Below, piece after piece: positions 44,131 through 55,200 of a DNA stretch of 64,000 nucleotides. The stretch's first letter is position 1. Each line of letters begins with the position of its first letter. A program made the position numbers and the translations under genes. Location: the NCBI GenBank assembly GCA_002269645.1, contig NIVC01000563.1, positions 62,001-126,000 on the forward strand. Reading direction: 5' to 3'. Source of the DNA: Macrostomum lignano (taxonomy: Eukaryota). The notes beneath the pieces were generated by a model, which had not been told where the DNA came from, did not search any database, and was given only the letters and a program-made list of their open reading frames with translations.

Positions 44131-46229
44131 AGTACGCTGTCAGGTGGAAAAATGCAGCGTCATAGGGCACACGCTTCAGAGCCTGGGCGCGAACAAAGGC
44201 CGCCGCCAGCGTCGGCCAGCAGGCAGTCGACGAAACGCCAAGTTCGGGCCTGGCCGCACCGGTAGGTGCCTGCCGCGTTAGCAGCAGCACCTCCTGCACC
44301 GGCTGCGGGCAGTAGAACTCGGCGCGGATGATGTGGCCTGCCAGCTGGAGTCGCCGAAGTCGCAGCAGGACGGGCCAGCAGGCCGGCGCGGCGATAGCGT
44401 GTATTTATTTATTTATTCTAACAATATGGAAGCAAATATATACAGTACATGAAGGAGTCAATATTTTTGATATTTCAGTCGAGTTCTTGAATGCAATTTG
44501 ATGAGTTTTTATGTTTTTTATATATTTTTCATTTGGCTTTTACATGTAGTAGGCCTCAATTGATTGCAGGTTTAGTGTTACACTTACTAAATGTACTTCG
44601 TACTTGTCATACGTATTTTCGTCTACAAGAGCGGATGGTTTCGCTTAATGTTAGACTAGCTGTTTTTTGGAATTACTGCTAGCGCCTAGCTGTAGACTGA
44701 CTTATGTAGGTCATCTGAAAATTGGGCTAACAAGTTTTTCGCAAGCGTGTGTGCTCTTACTTAAGCACAAAAAACAAGTTGCATAAAGAAGGAAAAATTA
44801 AATTAGCTTAAAAACGAGCAAAAACTTTAAAAGCTTTCTGAAATCTTTTAAGTAAGGAATCAAACACTTTTGTTATGAATGTTGTGTGATTTCATTGACT
44901 ACAACTTTCGGAATTTTATTTTTATAAGATTCACCCTTATCAGAGAAGTTCAAACTTTGGAAACCTTCATTCTACGCAGTATTTAACTTTATAATAAGAA
45001 TTTAAGAATTGAATAATTTTCTGTATACTCGCTCGTAATTCCGCCTTTATTTCATTTCTGAGCTCTAAAATAAAAAAAATCGAATTTTCAAAGCGGGTGA
45101 AACTGATCCTCGGTGGATGTCTTAAGATAAAGTCACATTTTTAAGACGCCTACGCCCTGGGCCTGACCAAGTGTACCGGTATATGTAATTGAAACATGTT
45201 TTCCTGTTTCGATTTGTATCGCCACTAGTCTATTCAGATTTTTTCAGATTTCATCGATATTTTCATTGGCTTTATTCCATCCAATTCAGTTTAATTTTTT
45301 AAATTCAAAACAACAACTTAAAACACAAATAACAAGGTAATCTATAATTAGCTTTTTATAATGAAAAATGACTAGATTTTGATGCTATTATAAGCATTAC
45401 CTATATATCATTTTCTTTACTTTTACTCACATAGTTTATGGATGCTGGGATCATGGGTGTCAGCTGCGGGAGCTTGAGTTGTGGCACCGGGTGCATGTGC
45501 CCCCCCCCCCCCCCCCCCTAGAAAATGAGTCCATGCGGTAATTTTTTGTGTTTTTCTGATTTTAGGCCCTAATTAGCAGCTTATAAAGGTACCTGTGCCC
45601 CCTTGCCCTGTGCCTGGTGTCCCCCCTAAAATATTAGGCTCTGCCACCCCTAGGCCTAGGATAGTTATTATGCAATTTATATTTTATTTAGATTTGATTT
45701 TAAATTACAAGCCTTACCTTGCCTATTGTTTTTATTGACCATCCAAAACTAAAATAATATCATTCCAGGTATAAAGCCAGCTGACTATTACCAAACCAAA
45801 TTTATGCTAAAACAAAAGTTTTTTGTATATTTCACATAATCTCTTACATTATTTATAGAAAGACATTGAAATTATGTCATAATATAGCTAGCCAATATTA
45901 TCCAATAGTCTTATCCCATTTCTACTGCATGTTTATTTCATCTGTTGGCAGAGAAAATGACTTTAAAAATATGATATAAAACTAGTTAGTAGTTACATAT
46001 TAGTATGAAGCTCATTTTTCATTATGATATATTGCAAATCATAAAAAAATATATTGAGAAATCATTTTTGTTGGTATTATTTATATCCTAGTATATAATA
46101 TTTAAAAGTTTTATAAAAAAAAAATTTAATCATCCTTTGAATAGTATATTTTAATAGATGGCTATATTTCTTTATGGAAGTGTAGCTCGTCTAACAAATA
46201 GTAGGAAAATAAACGTCAACAAAAACATA

Positions 46230-47345
46230 AAAGTAAACTTTGTTTAATTCTAGCCAACGTGTTTCGTCAAACACAAGACATTGTCAGGGCAAATTCAATC
46301 AACCTAAGATCACACCACCAATATATTTAAGCAAAAATCACTGTACAGTCCAGAGGCGGGTCAAAACAGTCCGGTAGAATTTAGAAAGTGCCAAGTACAT
46401 AACAACGTGAGAGAGAAAAAAATAATAAAAAAATAGGCACGGCTCTGCTCACAATACTCTTAGCTCATGCTCCACCCCATTGCCAGCAAACTGCACATTC
46501 AGGTTGGGTTTGTGCATTCTGATATACAAAGCTTCGATAATCTTAAGCTTATGGTCAAATTTGTACCCATCCAGCACTTTAAAGAGCTGAATCGGTTTAC
46601 CGTCACAGCATTTTTTACAAACAAGCAGATGGTCATTAATCGCAGAGCTTTTTAGCCAATGTTCCCTAGCTCTAGTGTGCAGGTGTCACTTCATTTTTCC
46701 AATGTAGGAAATGCTCTGATCCTCAGAGCAGCGAAATTGGTAAACAACACCGGCCCTTAGAGCAAGTGGAACAGCTGACTTGAGCCTGCTAGCATAGCGA
46801 CCGATCTTTTCGGTGCGAAACACAATCCTAACGGTGCACTTAAGCCATTTGCTAAACATTTTCTTAAGTTTTTTCCTGAAGTCAAGCGAAGCATTGCCAA
46901 AAAATGGGAGAACCAACAGAGCATCCCAAGAATCTATCTCCGGTTGCCTGGGTCTCGCATCGCTAGAAACTTTCTTAGTGGCAACGCATTGATAATATGG
47001 CTGACAAAACTGAGAGGGTATCCATTAGATCTAAGGATTTTAGGTGAAATAAACTCCAAGAACTGCTCACCTCGTAGGCTCTGTGAAGAAGGCACCTAAC
47101 TAACCCGGATTTCCAGTGAGTCGGACATAAAGCATGAAAACTTAACATCAGCCCAGTAAACGTTGGTTTACGGTAAACTTTCACAAGAGGACGGTGTCCA
47201 GAACAGTCAACCTTGGTATCAAGAAATGGGAGATTCTTCCCTCCGCCCTCAATGGTGAACTTAATGTTCAGATGAGTGGAGTTGATAATAGTAAGAAACT
47301 CGTCGTGGTCTTTTTTATTGTCAAAAACAGCAAAAGTATCCTAGA
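46230..47345 (-). mobile_element. 5'-truncated, decayed Penelope-like retroelement (RT C-terminus, GIY-YIG endonuclease and pseudo-LTR)
   Basis: Minus strand: DTFAVF...LNIKFTIE...LPFLD...VYRKPT, VVYQFRCS...SYIGK, RAREH, EALYIRMHKPNLN; has stops and frameshifts. Confidence 0.88.
46253..46290 (-). ncRNA. Minimal type I hammerhead ribozyme motif in the Penelope pseudo-LTR (core variant)
   Basis: GCC-CUGACAA-U-GUC(UUGUGUUU)GAC-GAAA-C-AC-GU-U-GGC: stem I GCC/GGC, stem II GUC/GAC, short stem III spanning the palindrome ACGU; G8 is replaced by A. Confidence 0.65.
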
Positions 47346-47639
47346 GATGATTTATTTATTGGTTATCAAAAATGTTAACAAAATTTGTACCTAATAAGAC
47401 ACATGCAAATTATTATTTTTTGATATATTCATTACTCATACTTCTAATATAAGTTAGTTCTCAGTTGTCACTGTTACTAAAAATGAATTTGTTACCTTAT
47501 CAATATTTATTCTAAACTCATGCATTGATGTCATATTTATTATTTTATAGCAGACAAAATGACTAGCTATATTATATTTTTGTAAACAAAAGAGTGATAG
47601 ACAAAACAATTGTCAATCCAATGCCAGTCAAATAAGCTT

Positions 47640-47935
47640 GCTTATATTCAACAACATTAAAAAGTTGCCACCTTTGAAAGTGTGTAGTCAATTCTAGCTC
47701 AGTGTTGACTTTGGAATGATGCAACTTGCACTATGCAATGCAGAGTTAGGCTGAGTGAGGAAGATTAGGAAGAGCAGAGGACAAAGAGTAGATGGATTGA
47801 AGCTTTCACTTCATTTTCATTGCTTTTTTAAGCATTAATATCAAAATGGTTGGCCTAGTGATAGACACTAGTCAAAAGACACTGCTCACTAGGGCAAAGG
47901 GTGGCAACTTTTCAATGTTGCTAAGTATATGTATA
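47640..47935. mobile_element. MITE with ~30-bp imperfect TIRs
   Basis: caacattaaaaagttgccacc at left and ggtggcaacttttcaatgttg at right. Confidence 0.55.
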
Positions 47936-48064
47936 TTGGTTACACTAGTATACAGCCCTATTGCAGCGCATGGCTTAAGTACGCCAGACGCCTACACAAC
48001 CTGCGCCACGCTGTGAAATGACTTACCTGTGAAAGAAACCCTAAAGCAAAATTAACGCAGTTTT

Positions 48065-48135
48065 GGGTAAACGGCAGGAGTAACTATGACTGTCTTATCA
48101 AGCTTAAATGCCTCGGCATCTAATTAGTTCCGCGC
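48065..48135 (+). pseudogene. Degenerate 28S rRNA fragment (helix 69-71 region)
   Basis: GGGTAAACGGCAGGAGTAACTATGACTGTCTTA...AAATGCCTCGGCATCTAATTAGT..CGCGC versus canonical GGGTAAACGGCGGGAGTAACTATGACTCTCTTAAGGTAGCCAAATGCCTCGTCATCTAATTAGTGACGCGC; substitutions break the H69 stem. Confidence 0.8.
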
Positions 48136-48166
48136 CGCGCCGTACTAATCGCCTTGCGCCGTACGC

Positions 48167-48933
48167 NNNNNNNNNNNNNNNNNNNNNNNNNNNNNNNNNN
48201 NNNNNNNNNNNNNNNNNNNNNNNNNNNNNNNNNNNNNNNNNNNNNNNNNNNNNNNNNNNNNNNNNNNNNNNNNNNNNNNNNNNNNNNNNNNNNNNNNNNN
48301 NNNNNNNNNNNNNNNNNNNNNNNNNNNNNNNNNNNNNNNNNNNNNNNNNNNNNNNNNNNNNNNNNNNNNNNNNNNNNNNNNNNNNNNNNNNNNNNNNNNN
48401 NNNNNNNNNNNNNNNNNNNNNNNNNNNNNNNNNNNNNNNNNNNNNNNNNNNNNNNNNNNNNNNNNNNNNNNNNNNNNNNNNNNNNNNNNNNNNNNNNNNN
48501 NNNNNNNNNNNNNNNNNNNNNNNNNNNNNNNNNNNNNNNNNNNNNNNNNNNNNNNNNNNNNNNNNNNNNNNNNNNNNNNNNNNNNNNNNNNNNNNNNNNN
48601 NNNNNNNNNNNNNNNNNNNNNNNNNNNNNNNNNNNNNNNNNNNNNNNNNNNNNNNNNNNNNNNNNNNNNNNNNNNNNNNNNNNNNNNNNNNNNNNNNNNN
48701 NNNNNNNNNNNNNNNNNNNNNNNNNNNNNNNNNNNNNNNNNNNNNNNNNNNNNNNNNNNNNNNNNNNNNNNNNNNNNNNNNNNNNNNNNNNNNNNNNNNN
48801 NNNNNNNNNNNNNNNNNNNNNNNNNNNNNNNNNNNNNNNNNNNNNNNNNNNNNNNNNNNNNNNNNNNNNNNNNNNNNNNNNNNNNNNNNNNNNNNNNNNN
48901 NNNNNNNNNNNNNNNNNNNNNNNNNNNNNNNNN
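48167..48933. other. Assembly gap (767 N)
   Basis: Run of N. Confidence 1.
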
Positions 48934-49095
48934 TGAAGGCAGCCGTGAGAGCCAACACCCCAAGGCACAGAGAGTGTACATGCCTGACGATTAGACAGTC
49001 ATGACTGCTGTACATCCTGTGTGAGCGTGTGCATGAGTGCGTGCCTGAGTACAGTGTTGGCGCGCTTGTGTGTGCTCAGGAGTCTGCGGAATTGG
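48934..49095 (+). mobile_element. Diverged 3' part of SINE family A
   Basis: gagagccaacaccccaaggcacag..agtgtacatgcct..cgat...gctgtaca..ctgtgtgag..gcgcgcttgtg aligns to the 10500-10625 body. Confidence 0.7.
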
Positions 49096-49285
49096 ATTTA
49101 TATACAAGACGGGATTATGATCGCAGCACTGCTAATCTGATTTGAAAGTATTGCTTGCTCAGCAAATCTATACACTCATAACATCATAGGCTTTTCTCAT
49201 GCTTTGATTCTCTTTCAAGAAAGCATCGGAAAAGTGCACCAGGTAATAATGACATTTAATCTTCTTATTGAATAATAAACTGTAG

Positions 49286-52200
49286 ACCGCTCTACACCGA
49301 GCAATCGAGGAAGGCCAGGCTGAGATGGTCTGCTCTCTGCTGACCGACCGGCCCGCGGCAACGGATAGCGCGTTTAGTGTGCAACATCTACCGCGAGGAC
49401 GCTGCCGGGGTCAGCTGCCTGCAGCTTAGTAAAGATAAGCGCACAGCCAAAAAGCAGAGCGAGCACATTTGCGAATTGTTGGAAGCTAAAAATGGTGTGT
49501 ATTGGCTTTGTAGAGCCCGCAAATCATGCATAACGATTACAGATTTTGTGCATGTAGAATAGTAAATGAGCCCCCCTTCGGGGGCAAGCATCTGAGCTAT
49601 ACCCAATGACCCCATGAGCCTTGGCATCTGAGCTGTACTTAATGACCTCATGAGCCTTGGTATCTGAGCTGTACCCAATGACCTCATGAGCCTTGGCATA
49701 TGAGCTGTACTTAATGACCTCATGAGCCTTGGCATCTGAGCTGTACTTAATGACCTCATGAGCCTTGGCATATGAGCTGTACTTAATGACCTCATGAGCC
49801 TTGGCATATGAGCTGTACTTAATGACCTCATGAGCCTTGGCATATGAGCTGTACTTAATGACCTCATGAGCCTTGGCATATGAGCTGTACTTAATGACCT
49901 CATGAGCCTTGGCATATAAGGTGTACTTAATGACCCCATGAGCTGCAGGTGTCATGAGGTGTACTTAATGACCTCATGAGCCTTGGCATCTGAGCTGTAC
50001 TTAATGACCTCATGAGCCTTGGCATATGAGCTGTACTTAATGACCTCATGAGCCTTGGCATATGAGGTGTACTTAATGACCTCATGAGCCTTGGCATATG
50101 AGCTGTACTTAATGACCTCATGAGCCTTGGCATATGAGGTGTACTTAATGACCTCATGAGCCTTGGCATCTGAGGTGTACTTAATGATCTCATGAGCCTT
50201 GGCATCTGAGCTGTACCAATGACCCCATGAGCCTTTACATCTGAGCTGTACTTAATGACCCCATGAGCCTTGTCATCTGAGCTGTACCCAATGACCTCAT
50301 GAGCCTTGGCATCTGAGCTGTACTTAATGACCTCATGAGCCTTGGCATCTGAGCTGTACCCAATGACCTCATGAGCCTTGGCATATGAGCTGTACTTAAT
50401 GACCTCATGAGCCTTGGCATATGAGCTTACTTAATGACCTCATGAGCCTTGGCATATGAGCTGTACTTAATGACCTCATGAGCCTTGGCATCTGAGGTGT
50501 ACTTAATGACCTCATGAGCCTTGGCATATAAGGTGTACTTAATGACCCCATGAGCTGCAGGTGTCATGAGTTGTCATCTGAGCTGTACCTAATGACCCCA
50601 TGAGCCTTGACATCTGAGCTGTACTTAATGACCCCATGAGCCTTGACATCTGAGCTGTACTTAATGACCTCATGAGCCTTGGCATCTGAGGTGTACTTAA
50701 TGATCTCATGAGCCTTGGCATCTGAGCTGTACCCAATGACCCCATGAGCCTTTACATCTGAGCTGTACTTAATGACCTCATGAGCCTTGTCATCTGAGCT
50801 GTACCCAATGACCTCATGAGCCTTGGCATCTGAGGTGTACTTAATGACCTCATGAGCCTTGGCATCTGTGCAAGATCTCATTGTTTCTTGGAATCTGAGC
50901 AATCGCTCTGAATTCCCCTGTGATCATCTTTCTTCCCTTTTACCAACTTTATAGAAAACAGCGCTGTATTGCTAAATATTGCAGGGATTATTGTAAATTC
51001 TTAGTTGCTTTATAAGCGACAAAGTGTTTCTAAATTTCGTTTTCAACATCTCTCACCAGAGCAATACGAACTGGAGGCTACGGAGTTTTACAATCTCTGC
51101 TTAACATTCGACTGTCAGGCTATTAGTAATGCTGCCAAACGAATCTTTCGACTGGAGAAAGTAATTAACAGGTGTCCCCAGGATTCCTACTCTCTGCTTT
51201 ATAGGTAAGTATGACCTTTGTACACACCGGTTCATAATCAACCTTACTATAATGTAGATTGTTGTCCCACCCAGCCTAATTATTCCCAATGTACACTGTG
51301 TCTACAGCCAGCCTTACCCGAATGTAAATTGTGCCCCAACCAGCCTTACCCGAATGTACATTGTGCCCCCAACCAGTCTTACCCCATTGTACATTGTGCC
51401 CCAACCAGCCTTACCCCAATGTACACTGTGGCCACAACCAGCGTTACCCCAATGTACTCTGTGGCCCAACCAGCCTTACCCCAATTTACTCTGTGGCCAC
51501 AACCAGCCTTACCCAATGTACTGGCCACAACCAGCCTTACCCCAATTGTACACTGTGGCCACAACCAGCCTTACCCCAATTGTACACTGTGGCCACAACC
51601 AGCCTTACCCCAATTGTACACTGTGGCCACAACCAGCCTTACCCCAATTGTACACTGTGGCCACAACCAGCCTTACCCCAATTGTACACTGTGGCCACAA
51701 CCAGCCTTACCCCAATTGTACACTGTGGCCACAACCAGCCTTACCCCAATATACTCGCTCACCCAGAGCCTGCGAGCACGGCAAGACAGACGTAGTGGAC
51801 TTTCTCGTGCGAAACGGAGCCCAGTGCGTGGCCCACCCAGTTACCGGCTACACGCCGTTGTACGTCGCCTGCGGCAAAGGCAACGTAGCAATAGTTGAGC
51901 GTCTGATCTACCAGTGCCCGAAAGCGGTTGCCATAGCAACAACAAAGGAGCGCATGCTGCCGCTCCACGCCGCCTGTTTGGAAGGCCACTACGATGTGGC
52001 AAATCTTCTGCTAAACTTCAACTATCCAGAGGACTGCTTGCAGAAGTTCTACGTGTACAGCCGCGGCGGCATCGGCACGTACAGAGCCGCTTTCGATGTC
52101 AACGCTGAAGATGTCGAAGGTTATTCGGCGTTGCAACTCGCAACGCTGTGGGGCCACCTAGATGTGCTACGTTGTCTGCTGATTTTAGGTATGTAGCGTT

Positions 52201-55200
52201 ACTCAAGGAGTCTAAAATTCCTATTCTCGAAGCTTTTAATGTCAGAAAAGTTTATTTGGTAACTTAAATAAAGACTAGAGGTCTCTAATGTTCCGTTAGT
52301 AGGCACGTAGAGAGCCTCACAAAATTATATTCGCTACAGTTTCAATTGAATCGTTAGAAATTAAATCTCGAACAGATAATATGGGCTACGTTGACGCTCA
52401 GAGCCTTTAATTATTCGAAAAAAAAGTTGGCAGCCTCAAATAAATCTTACAAAAACTCTGCAGAGCCTCAAAATATCGATATTTTGATATCTGATGAATA
52501 GACACGTCGAGAGCCTCAAAATGTCATGGGTAAAACTTGTAGAGAGCCTCGAAATCAGAATAGAAATATTGAGAGCTCAAAATACCTACGTGTTTATATT
52601 TTTAAAACAGACACGTAGAGACCCTCAAAATTAGAATAAAAACGCTGAGAGCCTAAAAAGCTCAATTATAACAAAACAACGCACAGGTCTCTGCAGTTTT
52701 CCTGCTTGACCAACTGACGTCACCAGCCGGCGACTGCGACGGCCCCGTCATCGACGACAGTCAGACAGGAGGAGGAGGATGCGACGCCACCGCGGCCGCC
52801 TCAGTCACAATAGTCGACAACGGGCGAAGCGCAGTTCGCCGAGTCAGCCCGCTCAATCTGCGCAGTAAAGGCGCCGCTGTGCTGGCACTGGCCGTCACCA
52901 AGCACCAGCCGGACGTTGTCCGCTGCCTGCTCGGCCATTTGGCCGGCGAAGTGAACGCCGACGTAGAATTCGACGGCAAGCAGACTTATCCGCTGCGGGT
53001 GGCAGTTGAATCGGGCAGTCTGGACCTGGCCGACCTGCTGATGCGGCACGGAGCCGTTGACAAAAACGGTCAGCTTTTGCACGAAGCGTTGGACCAGGTG
53101 AGCCCGGAGGGTGATTGTCACTTGTCCTCAGTTCATTGGAAACTCTAAAGATTCGCTTCTCTAATTCAAAAAAATCGCTTCTCTAATCCATGAAAATCGC
53201 TTCTCTAATCCACGAAAATCGCTTTTCTAATCCATGAGAATCGTTCTCTAATGCATGAGAATCACTCTCTAATCCATGAGAATCGCTTCTTCTAATCCAT
53301 GAGAATCCCTCTCTAATTCATGAGAATCGCTCTCTAATCCATGAGAATCGCTTCTCTAATCCATGAGAATCCCTCTCTAATTCATGAGAATCGCTCTCTA
53401 ATCCATGAGAATCGCTCTCTAATCCATGAGAATCGCTTCTCTAATCCATGAGAATCCCTCTCTAATTCATGAGAATCGCTCTCTAATCATGAGAATCGCT
53501 TCTCTAATCCATGAGAATCGCTCTCTAATCCATGAGAATCGCTTCTCTAATCCATGAGAATCGCTTCTCTAATCCATGAGAATCCCTCTCTAATCCATGA
53601 GAATCGCTCTCTAATCCATGAGAATCCCTCTCTAATCCATGAGAATCGCTTCTCTAATCCATGAGAATCGCTTTTCTAATCCATGAGAATCGCTCTCTAA
53701 TCCATGAGAATCCCTCTCTAATCCATGAGAATCGCTCTCTAATCCATGTGAATCGCTCTCTAATCCATGAGAATCGCTCTCTAATCCATGAGAGTTGCTC
53801 ATTCAAAGCAGAAAAATAATCCATAATTCACCACTTCTATCGGAACACTTTAAACCAGTTGGACTCAAAATCGGCCGAAGCAGACTTGGACAGTTCCGAC
53901 CAGTTGGTCACGCTGCTGCTGCAACACCTGGCCAGTCTGGACAATGTCAATCGAATTAATCGAGACCAGCTGCTTGGCACCAGCGGCAGCGGTGGTGCCG
54001 CTGGTCCTGGCGGCGGTAGCGGCGCGGCAAGCGCTGGCAGCGGAGGCGACGGCGGCCTCACAGACTGCCAGTTCGAGCGGCTGTACCCGTCGCTGCCTCG
54101 CCGTCCCGTCGCCCTACGCTGGTGCGACATCCGTCGGCTGACGGGAATTCGACTGGCCTGGCTGCTGGCCGCCTGCCAACTGCACAATCCTCACCTGAGC
54201 GTCGACGCTTCGCCGGACGTCGCTTTGTGTGCCGTCACCAAAGTCGACTTATCCGGCTGCGGTCTCGCCAAGCTGCCAGCTGAGCTGCTTCGACTGCGCA
54301 GCCTGCGAGAGCTCAGCCTGGCCAACAATGCGATTCAACGACTGCCGGACGACTCGGAGCTGCCGCCGGCCACTCCCGGCCACTCCGCTCTGCTGCCCAG
54401 CCTGGCCGAGCTGAACGTGGCCGGAAATCGGCTGACTGGTCTGCCTGACTGGCTGTTCACCGCCGGCCGGTTGCCTCTGCTGGCCACTCTGGTCTGCTCC
54501 GGCAATCGGATCGATCGTCTTCCAGCTCGAGTCTGGTTCGCGCCCCGGCTCCAGCTGCTGGACTTGGCCGACAATTGCCTGTCCAGCCTGCCGGTCAAGG
54601 GCACGCCGGACGCTTGGCCGGCCGCTGCGGCTGCTGCCGTGGCCGCCGCTGAGGCAGCCGCCGCGGCTTCGATGGCTGCCGCGGTGTCTTCGTCAACAAA
54701 CACCTCGGCGTCTCCGTTGACGCCGAGTTCGCCCAGCGGCATCGGCGGCTCCTCAATGTTCCTCGGCGTTGGTGGCTTCGAGCCCGGCGGCGTGATGGTG
54801 ACCAGCCTGCATCTGAATGTGGACACCATGGCTGAGTACACCGGATGGGATGAGAAGGTGAGAAGAGCCGCTTTCGTATTCCCTAAATTCTACATTCCTA
54901 AAATTTCACATTCCCTGAATTTTATAAAATTTCACTTTCCTCCAGAATTTCGCATTTCCAAATTTTAAATTTCCCAATTTTTTCCCTAACATTCCCTAAT
55001 TTTCACATTCCTCCAGGATTCACATTCTCCAGAGTTCACATCCCCCAAATTTCACATCCCCAAAGTTTCACATTCCTGCAGAATTTTACATTCCCCAAAT
55101 TTCACATTCCTGCAGAATTTCACATTCCTGCAGAATTTCACATTCCTGCAGAATTTCACATTCCTCCAGGATTCACACTCCCCAATTTTCACATTCCTCC

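Noticed and set aside
45460-45660. Possible hAT-type MITE with poly-C tracts
   Set aside because: Only one plausible terminus and no TSD found
48104-49015. Five ORFs of 260-303 aa
   Set aside because: Artefacts of translating through the N gap
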